A stretch of DNA of 64,000 nt. Origin: an uncultured Gammaproteobacteria bacterium. Its GTDB lineage: Bacteria; Patescibacteriota; Microgenomatia; UBA8517. Below the pieces are notes generated by a model. It searched no databases and was not told where the DNA came from. It saw only the letters and a list, made by a program, of their open reading frames with translations. Below, piece by piece: positions 10,257-18,780 of the stretch (positions within the stretch are counted from its first letter, which is position 1; each line of letters begins with the position of its first letter). The stretch lies in the NCBI GenBank assembly GCA_964600575.1, contig CAZRJH010000004.1, positions 6,711 to 70,710 of the forward strand, in the 5' to 3' direction. The position numbers and the translations under genes were made by a program.

Positions 10257-10399
10257 TTCTTAATATATCTTTTTGATTTCACTTTAGTCAATTTTAGGTG
10301 ATGTTATGACACACTCATTTGGGAGGGTGTCTCACCAGATTCAACTTGTCTCGGCTCCAAGAATAGGGTGTTTTTAAATACTGGTATACTTTTTTAAGT

Positions 10400-10945
10400 A
10401 TGAAAAAGTCACTTTTCTCTTTGGATATTATTGTCTTGTGTATATCACTTGCAGTTACTTATACAGCCTGGAGGATTACATATATTTTTCCTAAAGATCA
10501 AATTCCGCTTTATGTTTTTATTGTGGGTATAACCGCAAGCTTTCTGCTTTTTGGAATGGTATTTTTTTTGACCAGGGCACAGGCAAAGTCCCAGGAGCTT
10601 GATATAGAGAGGGCGAGACTTTTGGCGGCTATAGAAATAATTCCTATAGGAATTGCAATTACGGATGTAAACGGAAACATTGTTCAATCGAATTTTGGTT
10701 TATCGGAAGTATTGGGGGAAGTGGGAGTAACCTGGACTTTGCAGAGAATGAACGAAAGATTGTCATCCGCCTTGCCTTTGATGGATTCCTATAAGACTGC
10801 ATTGGAAGAACGCCGTACCGTTAGTTGGAAAAAAATTAATTTTGAGGGCAGAAAATTGGATGTCCATTTGATCCCTATATATTCTTCCCAGGAAAAGGGT
10901 GTGTTTGGGGTTTTGATTTGTATTACGGATGTAACCAAAGGCTAG
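10400..10945 (+). CDS. 2TM + PAS domain protein with no output domain
   Basis: IAITDVNGNIVQSN...VFGVLICITDVT PAS; aligns by eye to the PAS of kinase 41657..43399. Confidence 0.75.
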   Translation: MKKSLFSLDIIVLCISLAVTYTAWRITYIFPKDQIPLYVFIVGITASFLLFGMVFFLTRAQAKSQELDIERARLLAAIEIIPIGIAITDVNGNIVQSNFGLSEVLGEVGVTWTLQRMNERLSSALPLMDSYKTALEERRTVSWKKINFEGRKLDVHLIPIYSSQEKGVFGVLICITDVTKG

Positions 10946-10984
10946 GGAGGTTAAATTCTTCAAATTTTAGTATAATTCTGTGGC

Positions 10985-11000
10985 TTGGGCCGTTGGTATA
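10985..11000 (+). repeat. 16-bp direct repeat covering the tRNA-Ala 5' end
   Basis: TTGGGCCGTTGGTATA at 10985-11000 and 11027-11042. Confidence 0.8.
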
Positions 11001-11028
11001 AATAAATTTGTACCAACTTTCCATAATT

Positions 11029-11102
11029 GGGCCGTTGGTATAGTGGTAGCACATAGCATTCGCATTGCTAGGACGCCGGTTCGATTCCGGCACGGTCCAC
11101 CA
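11029..11102 (+). tRNA. tRNA-Ala (CGC)
   Basis: Acceptor GGGCCGT/ACGGTCC with G3:U70, anticodon arm TAGCA-TTCGCAT-TGCTA, GGTTCGATTCC T arm, encoded CCA. Confidence 0.93.
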
Positions 11103-11201
11103 GGTTCGATGACACCCTTCACGGCTTTCGAAAAAATTGAGAAACTAAGTGAAGTAAGTCATATGAACTGCAGGTTCATATTCCGCCGGAGTCCACCCGG
11201 A

Positions 11202-11303
11202 GATAGGGAATAGGGATTAGGTTTTAGGGAATAGAGGATAGAGTACAGTGTATAGGTTGTGGTTTTCGAACTAACACCTAAACGCTAATCCCTATACCCT
11301 ATC
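11202..11303. repeat. Inverted array of degenerate 7-mers (TAGNNNN)n...(CTANNNN)n
   Basis: GATAGGGAATAGGGATTAG...CTAATCCCTATACCCTATC with 7-nt periodicity. Confidence 0.75.
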
Positions 11304-12252
11304 AAACTTTCGTGTAAAACACCGATCTTCCCTTGCCTTTGGAGAGAACTAGTCCGAGTGAGTTAAGTTTTGTAAGGTCCCTACTGGCCGTAATCTGAGA
11401 AACGCCAAACATTTTTTGATATTCTTTATTTGTTATTTTGCTCCCGGGCACTTCTAGGTTTTTTAAAACATCGTTTTGGCGTCTATTAAGCTTTAGGAGC
11501 TTTCTTTGGCCAAAAGGTGTAGGGGATTGAGAGATCGTTTGATAGGAGGCCTCTAAGGCTTCCAGAATAACTTGAGAATAATATTCTAACCAGGTTGTGG
11601 CATTTGTAATACCCGAAGAATTTTCTACAAATTTTTTATATGTTTCTTCTTGTGCTTTATGAAATTTATCAAGGCTATACATTCCGTTTATGTCGTAGCC
11701 GTTTTTGTAAAGCATAAGATAGGCAATAATGCGGGCACATTCATGGTTGCCGTATTCAAAAACTCGTGCCGAAATAAATTCTATGTATGCAATTCCCGAA
11801 AGAATTATCGGGTGTTCTTTGCCTTGGTTTAAAAAATTAAATGAGTCTTCGACCATTTTAGATGACATCTGAGTAATCCCTGTCATCTTCCCAAGATAAG
11901 GTTTGCAACCAAACTCATATATTTTTTGAACCGTTTTAAACTGGATCGGGTTTGGGTTAACTGTCCAGCCCTCGCTTAGATATTCAAAAACTTTTTTGGA
12001 GGCAAATACTTTTTTTTCTATCAGATTTGGTTTTTTGGGATAGGGTTTAAGAAGTATTTCGGATACCTGATGACTTTCGATCGGGGGAGAGTCCCAAACC
12101 AAAAGTCCGGAAACTCTTTCTACCAAAAAATACCAGTCCAAATGCCTTTTTGTTTTGGGGTTCATGGGGGTTAGTAAAATTTTTGCTCTTAATCTGTCAC
12201 AAGCTGCAATATTATCTTTAATCTTTTGTGTTATGGCATATGCTGTGTTCAT
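11302..12252 (-). CDS. Fic family protein with C-terminal winged HTH, degenerate catalytic motif
   Basis: ARVFEYGNHECAR replaces HPFxDGNGRxxR; C-terminal ITNKEYQKMFGVSQITASRDLTKL wHTH. Confidence 0.8.
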   Translation of the reverse strand: MNTAYAITQKIKDNIAACDRLRAKILLTPMNPKTKRHLDWYFLVERVSGLLVWDSPPIESHQVSEILLKPYPKKPNLIEKKVFASKKVFEYLSEGWTVNPNPIQFKTVQKIYEFGCKPYLGKMTGITQMSSKMVEDSFNFLNQGKEHPIILSGIAYIEFISARVFEYGNHECARIIAYLMLYKNGYDINGMYSLDKFHKAQEETYKKFVENSSGITNATTWLEYYSQVILEALEASYQTISQSPTPFGQRKLLKLNRRQNDVLKNLEVPGSKITNKEYQKMFGVSQITASRDLTKLNSLGLVLSKGKGRSVFYTKV

Positions 12253-12341
12253 AGTTTTATTGAATAATTAATTTGTATCATATTCATATCATAGCGTCAA
12301 ATAATTACTACATTTATAAAATCGAAGCTAAATCATAAAAA

Positions 12342-12363
12342 TATGATAAGATTATGATAAGAT
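12342..12363. promoter_or_regulatory. Tandem 11-bp direct repeat, putative operator
   Basis: TATGATAAGAT x2, with inverted TATCATA copies at ~12276-12293, in the divergent fic/tatA intergenic region. Confidence 0.5.
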
Positions 12364-12489
12364 TAAATATATCACCAACTACCCCTTGACATAACTATTC
12401 GTATAGATACATACTGATATTAGATTATTAGCTGCCCGCTTCTTAAATCGTCGGACATCTAATAAAACATAGAATGGAGGTGATCCGAC

Positions 12490-12630
12490 TTGTTTAATAA
12501 CATTGGCACATCAGAATTGGTAGTAATAGCGCTTGTACTTTTGCTGCTCTTTGGTGGCAAGAAACTTCCCGAACTCGCAAGAGGGATTGGGGATTCAATT
12601 AGAGAATTCAAAAAGGCCGTTAAAAGTTAA
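12490..12630 (+). CDS. tatA: Twin-arginine translocase TatA/E subunit (46 aa, not in ORF track)
   Basis: TTG start after GGAGGTGATCC; [46 protein letters not shown]. Confidence 0.92.
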   Translation: MFNNIGTSELVVIALVLLLLFGGKKLPELARGIGDSIREFKKAVKS

Positions 12631-12639
12631 GTCAGACAA

Positions 12640-15183
12640 ATGAAAAAAGCCAGTCCTGCTCAAAAAATATTTATACTGGCATTGACGCTCTACCTAGCTG
12701 CCGCTTTTTCAGGTGTAGCTGAGATAAAAGCTGCAGCAGGTGGGGTTCAATCGTGTACAGTCGGATCAACCTGCAAGATAGGGGAGTTTCTTTATGACGA
12801 TTCTTCTGCTCCGATTTCTGGTGCAACTTGTACCATTACTTCTAAATACCCCGATAACTCAAGCTTTTTATCGTCTCAGGCAATGAGTGGCGGAGGGGCA
12901 GACGGTTGGTATTATCATGAATTTACAACCCCATCTTCCACGGGTGTTTACGCCACTAATGTTTGTTGCACCACAAACGGTGACACATTATGTATAGATA
13001 AGGGTTTCGAATCAAAGGCTGCCTCAACTACAGATACTGCAAGTATTGCTTCAGCCGTTTGGTCTTATTCGGGTAGAACTGTGAGTTCGTTTGGGTCATT
13101 AATTTCGGATGTTTGGAGTAGTGCAACAAGAACCCTAACCGGGGCAGGGCTTTCCAGCGGACAACTTGCAACACAAGATGATGTTGTCTCCGTTAGAAAC
13201 AATATAAACAATCTTTCTACAGACACCGGGGATTTGTCCTCTATAAAAAAGAAAGTAGATGAAAACAGGCTTTTGTTGGAAAGAATTGTAAATAAGCCGA
13301 TTATAGAAAATGTTTTGGAAGACACAACGCCGGACCTTACCCAAAAAACAAGCGACACAAGAGCGATTGTCAATCAACTTTATATAAATAACCAATTTTT
13401 AACTGCTCAGGCAGCTATTTTTAATTCAAAACTTTCAAAAATGACAGGGAAAGAAGCTCTGGATTATGTAATTACTCTTTCCGGAATAATAGGGGAGTCG
13501 GCGGACTCGTCGAGTTCTACGACGCTTTTTGCACAGGCCAACTATCTTAAAGATTCGTGGAATTGGGACGAGTCGGCACAGGTTTATTCCAAGCTAAGTC
13601 TTTTGCAAAAAAGCATTGTTGAGATGCAGGAGGAGTTGGTTGACTACGAAAAAAGCCCATTACTTGCCACTAAAGCCAGAAAATTAGTTACCGATTCGTT
13701 GGCTTTGGAAAAAACCGTAGGTTTAACAACCGATACTGCAAATCAAAAAACAGTCTTTGCAAGACTCTTGGCTACGGAAGTGCTTGTAGGCAAGCTCAAC
13801 GAAAAAAGCAATCAGCTTGCCGATTTATTGAATGATTACAAAACAACGGGTGATACTACCGATACCGTTTCCAAAATAGGCGGTCTTAGGAGTCAGGTAA
13901 TTGCACTTAACAAGGTTCCATCGGCAAATTCTATGGTACTTGGTGCATCCACTTTGTCGGACGGTAAGGCCATACAAAATTCCATATTGGGCCTTATGGG
14001 TGTTGTAAATTCCAATAAAAAACTTCTTGCATTGGCAACGGGTAAAACTTTAATTAATACCTGGTTGGAGCTTGGGAGCATAGTTTTTAAGACAATTGCT
14101 ACAAATCCGTCAACCTTAATAACTCAGGATGTAGAAATTAAATATTATTTGCCGGCCGAAATAAAATCGGAAGACATTATTAAGGTGGCGGCGGGGCTTG
14201 AAGCTAAATATGATGCAGAAAAGGGGCAAATGTATGTAGAAGGCAAATTTAGTTTGACCCCCGGGCAAACCAGAACATTCGAAATAGAGACAAAAGATAT
14301 TTGGGAGGTAACTCAAGAAGAAGTGGCAAGTCTAAGAACAGAGATAGAAGATCTTTCTAAGCCTCTGGAAAAAACTGCATATTTTGCTCAAAGCGTAAGT
14401 CTTAAAAGTGCTGCTATAAGCGAACTCGATAAAATAGTTGCCGTTCAAAAAGCTGCTATAACACCCGAAGATAAAATCAGAGCCTACAGAGAAGCTGACA
14501 TATTAAAGAAATCTGTCGAGACAAAAATCCAAGGCCTAAGAGAACTTGTAGGGCAAGCCAGCTCCGCAGGAAGCCTCTTGGGTTTTGTGGGGGGTTCACA
14601 AACAATCGCGGTTTGGGGAATCGTAATAGTAGTAATCGCGGGTTTTGTAATACTTCTTACATATATGAAATCACTGGCCGGAACAAAGAAAGTCGGTAGG
14701 CCCGAAACAGAAGCTAAAACTGAAGTTGTCAAAAAAACAGCCGCAAAACATAAAGGGCTTCACCCGCTTGGTTTTGCCGTTATTGTTATAGCAACCAGTG
14801 TGATTACAGCAGGTGCAACAACATACATTGTTACAGGCAGGATTACAAAACTTTACGAAGATAAGATCAAAGTTTTGGGAACTCAAACAGAAAACAAACA
14901 GCCGGCAGAACCAGACAAACTAAACGACGCTTCCTCCTCTGTGCCGACAGATAAAGCGGTGGTAAAAGTAGAAGAGGCCGTGGGGGGACCATATATCTTA
15001 ACCGTACAGGAGACACCTACCGGCTTTTTAAGGTTAAGAGAAACGCCGAACGGTAAGGAAATAGGCCAACTTAATCCGGGGGAAGAGCTGGTGCTTATCG
15101 AAGAAAAAAACGGTTGGTACAAGGTGGAGGTTAAAACCGGCGAGTCAGGGTGGGTTTCTTCTAAATATGTAAGCAAGAACTAA
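12640..15183 (+). CDS. Large exported coiled-coil membrane protein with C-terminal SH3b domain
   Basis: Signal peptide, Cys-containing N-domain, AVW/DVW..RT repeats, helical body, two TMs, GFLRLRETP..GWYKV..GWVSSKYV SH3b. Confidence 0.75.
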   Translation: MKKASPAQKIFILALTLYLAAAFSGVAEIKAAAGGVQSCTVGSTCKIGEFLYDDSSAPISGATCTITSKYPDNSSFLSSQAMSGGGADGWYYHEFTTPSSTGVYATNVCCTTNGDTLCIDKGFESKAASTTDTASIASAVWSYSGRTVSSFGSLISDVWSSATRTLTGAGLSSGQLATQDDVVSVRNNINNLSTDTGDLSSIKKKVDENRLLLERIVNKPIIENVLEDTTPDLTQKTSDTRAIVNQLYINNQFLTAQAAIFNSKLSKMTGKEALDYVITLSGIIGESADSSSSTTLFAQANYLKDSWNWDESAQVYSKLSLLQKSIVEMQEELVDYEKSPLLATKARKLVTDSLALEKTVGLTTDTANQKTVFARLLATEVLVGKLNEKSNQLADLLNDYKTTGDTTDTVSKIGGLRSQVIALNKVPSANSMVLGASTLSDGKAIQNSILGLMGVVNSNKKLLALATGKTLINTWLELGSIVFKTIATNPSTLITQDVEIKYYLPAEIKSEDIIKVAAGLEAKYDAEKGQMYVEGKFSLTPGQTRTFEIETKDIWEVTQEEVASLRTEIEDLSKPLEKTAYFAQSVSLKSAAISELDKIVAVQKAAITPEDKIRAYREADILKKSVETKIQGLRELVGQASSAGSLLGFVGGSQTIAVWGIVIVVIAGFVILLTYMKSLAGTKKVGRPETEAKTEVVKKTAAKHKGLHPLGFAVIVIATSVITAGATTYIVTGRITKLYEDKIKVLGTQTENKQPAEPDKLNDASSSVPTDKAVVKVEEAVGGPYILTVQETPTGFLRLRETPNGKEIGQLNPGEELVLIEEKNGWYKVEVKTGESGWVSSKYVSKN

Positions 15184-15186
15184 TAC

Positions 15187-15576
15187 TTAAATATACACAT
15201 TATATAAAAAGTGTATAAGCATTGCTCCAAAAAGACCTAGGAATTTTATTTTCTTCTTTGTTGACAATAAATATATCAATACAAAAGTAAAAGAGTGGAG
15301 TAGGGATGTGAGAATGAATCTTGTAAAAATCAAACCAGAATTGCCGTACATATTAATCTTAAATATATAAAGCGCGGTTTCTGATAGAGCAAATAAGATC
15401 CCGGTCGTAACAACGAGCTTAAAGCCCTCTAGCGAGGTTTTTTGGTGTTTTAAAAGATAAACCACTACCAAGTACTTGTATATCTCCTCGACTACAAACG
15501 GATAGGGTACAACAAGTTCTACAGGCCAAACCAAAAAAGGACCGATAAGGCCGTAAAGGGTAATAGGAAGATCCAT
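15187..15576 (-). CDS. PrsW-like intramembrane glutamic protease (short)
   Basis: VVEEIYK, GILFALSET, LLHSFT and IHFLYN motifs. Confidence 0.7.
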   Translation of the reverse strand: MDLPITLYGLIGPFLVWPVELVVPYPFVVEEIYKYLVVVYLLKHQKTSLEGFKLVVTTGILFALSETALYIFKINMYGNSGLIFTRFILTSLLHSFTFVLIYLLSTKKKIKFLGLFGAMLIHFLYNVYI

Positions 15577-15577
15577 C

Positions 15578-15721
15578 TTACTTGCTTTTTATTGATTTCT
15601 TGAATTCGCGGATTGCGTCTCCGATACCTTTTCCAAGTTCGGGGAGTTTTTTGCCTCCAAAAAGAACAAGGAGGATAACAAAAATTATAATTAGTTCCGT
15701 TGTGCCTATATTTCTAAACAT
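15578..15721 (-). CDS. tatA: TatA/E subunit (47 aa, not in ORF track)
   Basis: [47 protein letters not shown]; SD AAGGAGGTG at the tatC 3' end. Confidence 0.92.
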   Translation of the reverse strand: MFRNIGTTELIIIFVILLVLFGGKKLPELGKGIGDAIREFKKSIKSK

Positions 15722-15726
15722 ATTGT

Positions 15727-16512
15727 TTACACCTCCTTTCTTGTGCGCTCGCTTGCTGTAGAAAGCTTAGCGGTGTCACCGCCTGTAATCTTATGCAATA
15801 TTAATGTAACCTCGAATAGGATTACAAGAGGAAGTGCCAAAAGAATATCTGCAAGTATGGAATCAATCGGGAGAAGTATTGCAAATATCAAGGCCCCAAA
15901 ATAAACCCACACACGCTGTTTAACTATTTGTTTGTGAGTTAAAACTTTAAATTTCATAAGTAGCAAAAGAACGATGGGAAATTGGAATCCGGCACCCATA
16001 ACGGATGATGTAAGAAGAACAACTGAGAGTAGCCTACTTATATCTAGGATATTGCCTATACCTAATGATGTTGATTGATGCAAAAAGATCTCTATTTGCC
16101 ACTTCATTATAAAAGCGCCAAATCCAAAACCTATTAAAAAAAGTATTATCGAAAAAGGCAAATAATATAAAAGTGTTTTGTATTCGCTGTTTTTTAGAGC
16201 CGGTCTCAAAAAAGAAAGTACCTGGGAAATAATAAGCGGGAACGCAAGAACAAGCCCTACCATAAATCCGCAGGAAAAAGCCAAGTTCAAAAATTGAAAA
16301 GGAGAGGTAAAAACTATATTTATACCGTTAAGACTAAAAATATTTATTACAAAGCCGATTATTTTTTCGTAAAAAACAAAACCTCCTATTATTCCAACCA
16401 TAAATATAGAAGCGATAAACATTACTCTTTTACGGGCCTCCAAAAGAAGGGGATAGTACTTATTTATTGTGTCCTGCAGGGTTTGCCCGCCCAAGATTCC
16501 TTTTTCGTCCAT
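15727..16512 (-). CDS. tatC: Twin-arginine translocase subunit TatC
   Basis: [29 protein letters not shown] and ALPLVILFE motifs; 6 TM; flanked by tatA genes. Confidence 0.9.
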   Translation of the reverse strand: MDEKGILGGQTLQDTINKYYPLLLEARKRVMFIASIFMVGIIGGFVFYEKIIGFVINIFSLNGINIVFTSPFQFLNLAFSCGFMVGLVLAFPLIISQVLSFLRPALKNSEYKTLLYYLPFSIILFLIGFGFGAFIMKWQIEIFLHQSTSLGIGNILDISRLLSVVLLTSSVMGAGFQFPIVLLLLMKFKVLTHKQIVKQRVWVYFGALIFAILLPIDSILADILLALPLVILFEVTLILHKITGGDTAKLSTASERTRKEV

Positions 16513-16558
16513 ATCAAAAATAGTTTAACAATCAAAATAGGGGTTCGCAACAAAAAAG

Positions 16559-16726
16559 TTATTTGTCTTTATCTTCGCTTTCACCGTCTTCGGTTTTTGA
16601 GGCTTTTTTGAATTCGGTTATGGATTGCCCAAGACCCTTAAAAAACTCGGGAATCTTTTTTCCGCCAAAAAAGAGGATTAAAATTAAAGCTATTATTACT
16701 ATTTCTCCTAGTCCGATTCTTGACAT
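16559..16726 (-). CDS. tatA: TatA/E subunit (55 aa, not in ORF track)
   Basis: MSRIGLGEIVIIALILILFFGGKKIPEFFKGLGQSITEFKKASKTEDGESEDKDK. Confidence 0.9.
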   Translation of the reverse strand: MSRIGLGEIVIIALILILFFGGKKIPEFFKGLGQSITEFKKASKTEDGESEDKDK

Positions 16727-16763
16727 AATTTATATATACTCTGCCTAAAAAATAAAATCAACC

Positions 16764-16973
16764 TTAAACTTCGTCGTCGTCATCCAAGTCGGAATCCTTT
16801 TGGACTTCGTTCTTGGCATCTGTAAAATCTTTTTTGATCTTTTTGAATTCTTTTGTGGTTTCTCCTGCGGCTTTGCCTAGTTCAACTATTTTTTTGCTAC
16901 CAAAAAATACTATTACAACTATAGCAATTACAATGAGTTCTCCCATTCCGATGTTCCTGAAGAAGTTAAGCAT
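16764..16973 (-). CDS. tatA: TatA/TatB family subunit
   Basis: NIGMGELIVIAIVVIVFFGSKKIVELGKAAGETTKEFKK plus acidic tail. Confidence 0.85.
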   Translation of the reverse strand: MLNFFRNIGMGELIVIAIVVIVFFGSKKIVELGKAAGETTKEFKKIKKDFTDAKNEVQKDSDLDDDDEV

Positions 16974-17039
16974 ACAACAGCATACTATGACTTAGTAAAT
17001 CAAAATGCAAGTGGGAATTTTGGGGAAAGGGTCTAGATT

Positions 17040-17402
17040 TTAGGGGTTAGGGTTTAGTTTGTGGAGTAAAACATTAAGCATTTTCATTATTTCCGTCAGT
17101 AATCCAAAGGCTTTATTAAATTCTGATTTATTTAATAGTCGCAGCTCGTTTGCAAGTAAAAGCTGGGTTTCCAGTTCTGCTCCGGCGCCATAGGCTATGC
17201 GTAGAAATTGAATATATTCTTGTTTATGACCACGGGAATTACCTTCTGCAATGTTTGACGGTATCGACACGGCGGCTCATTGCATTTGGGATGCTAATCC
17301 GTATATTTCTGATTTTGGAAAACTTCTGGTTATTTTGTAAGTGAGTTTGGTCAATTCGAATGATTTCTGCCAAACTATTAACTCTTTGTAGCTACTAATC
17401 AT
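17040..17402 (-). pseudogene. Four-helix-bundle (23S rRNA IVS-like) protein with an in-frame TGA
   Basis: MISSYKELIVWQKS..FPKSEIYGLASQMQ*AAVSIPSNIAEG; TGA at 17277-17279 where the family has Arg. Confidence 0.85.
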
Positions 17403-17413
17403 GTTCTTTGATT

Positions 17414-17480
17414 CCCAGTTCTAATTCCTGACCTTTAGTCTTTAAAATCTAGTCCCTAGTCCCTAAAACCTATAAGCTAA
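17414..17480. repeat. Degenerate 7-mer array upstream of the four-helix-bundle gene (inverted partner at 17034-17060)
   Basis: CTAATTC CTGACCT TTAGTCT TTAAAAT CTAGTCC CTAGTCC CTAAAAC CTATAAG versus TAGATTT TAGGGGT TAGGGTT TAG. Confidence 0.7.
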
Positions 17481-18775
17481 CGTAGGGATGCAATTGTTGC
17501 TTTGACTTTGGCGTCTTTGAGGTTTCTTCCTGCTGTTCCCGGGGTAACATGACCCGAGATAACTTCGTCCCAAACTGCATCCGCAATTGCGCTTGCGGAT
17601 TCGCCGCCTGCTTGTGTTTCTATGAATGTACCGGTACCTAAGTCTCGGGTGGGTGCTACAGTGTTTCCAGAGAATGTGTGATTAAGTCTAACGCCCGTTC
17701 TTGTTACACTGCTACCTACATCTATACCGTAGCCTGTATTGTTGAAAATAAGATTTGTTTCAAAAATATTATCCGAGACACCGGACCCGGAAAGGTCAAC
17801 CCCGTCGGCGCCGTTACCGGACAATATACACTGCCTCACATTTAACTTGGTTGTAGATGCACCTATTTTTATTCCGGTTCCCGCAGTGTCTTCTATGGCA
17901 CAGGTGTCTATTTGGGTTCTCGAAGAACTCGAGATGTCGATTCCGTTGCCTGTGGTGGATTTTACCCAACAATTTTTGATTAAACAGTTATCTCCGGTGA
18001 TTGTTATTCCGTTATCTGTGCCTCCCGCTGCAGTTTGTACATAAAAACCTTCGAACTCTACCGTATCTGCACTAATGTTTACTGTGGCCGCTCCGCTTGT
18101 TGTGGGCACAAGTTGGAATTGGTAACCTGCACCTCTAACTTTTAGACCGGCTTTTGTAATTGTAAGTTTTTCGGTGGTTGTTGTTATTCCTCCGCTTGCT
18201 GTTGCCAGTGCAAAAATAATATCACCAGCACCCGCTGTTGCCAGAGTTTGTGCTTGTGCAAAAGTTGCGACTGCTTTTGCGGGAGTCAGGCCGTCACTGG
18301 CGTCGGAGCCGCTTGTCGGGTTCCAATAGTAAATTGTTCCAACGCTTCTGCTTCTGCCCCTTAAACTTTCGAGCATAAAGAGTGTCGCATAATCGGAGTC
18401 TGCCTGAATAATAGACGGGGAAGTGGACTGGGCAATGTTTACTTGAGTAAAAGCGGTTGGTTTAATGGGGTTGTTTGAATATTGATTTACGGCAACCAAA
18501 TTTCCACCCGATACGGTACAAAGAATTGTATCGGGGCCGGACCTTGCCTCGAATGCTATTCTCCAATCGTTGATTAGCTCTAAAGTTATTCCGATGTAAG
18601 CTCCGCCTCCTAGTGATTGTTTACCGTAGGCGTTTGCAATGTGTCCGTAGTCCATGTTGGTTATTGTTGCTTCGTATACGCGTATTTGATTCACAAGGTC
18701 CTGGATTGTTACGGTTGTTTGGGGTGCGTCAACCTGAATAACTTTTTCGTATTTAAAAAATGTAAGATTTGCCAT
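17477..18775 (-). CDS. Right-handed beta-helix (pectin lyase-like) protein, phage-fibre/tailspike-like
   Basis: GSDASDGLTPAKAVATF entry motif, repeated GI.I..N...NC coils, C-terminal AIADAVWDE motif; no signal peptide. Confidence 0.7.
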   Translation of the reverse strand: MANLTFFKYEKVIQVDAPQTTVTIQDLVNQIRVYEATITNMDYGHIANAYGKQSLGGGAYIGITLELINDWRIAFEARSGPDTILCTVSGGNLVAVNQYSNNPIKPTAFTQVNIAQSTSPSIIQADSDYATLFMLESLRGRSRSVGTIYYWNPTSGSDASDGLTPAKAVATFAQAQTLATAGAGDIIFALATASGGITTTTEKLTITKAGLKVRGAGYQFQLVPTTSGAATVNISADTVEFEGFYVQTAAGGTDNGITITGDNCLIKNCWVKSTTGNGIDISSSSRTQIDTCAIEDTAGTGIKIGASTTKLNVRQCILSGNGADGVDLSGSGVSDNIFETNLIFNNTGYGIDVGSSVTRTGVRLNHTFSGNTVAPTRDLGTGTFIETQAGGESASAIADAVWDEVISGHVTPGTAGRNLKDAKVKATIASLR

Positions 18776-18780
18776 TTTGT

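Noticed and set aside
10297-10337. Hairpin GACACACTC/GAGGGTGTC between divergent sensor genes as a riboswitch
   Set aside because: I could not match any riboswitch consensus; a single hairpin is insufficient without covariation data
10980-11213. 77-aa ORF
   Set aside because: Overlaps the tRNA-Ala gene; spurious
17277-17279. TGA recoded as Gly (code 25) or selenocysteine
   Set aside because: TGA ends many intact genes here (e.g. 11302, 26284, 33323, 56353) and the family residue at this position is Arg
17040-17402. Diversity-generating retroelement (four-helix protein as Avd)
   Set aside because: No reverse transcriptase and no template/variable repeat pair with adenine-specific mismatches seen in the window
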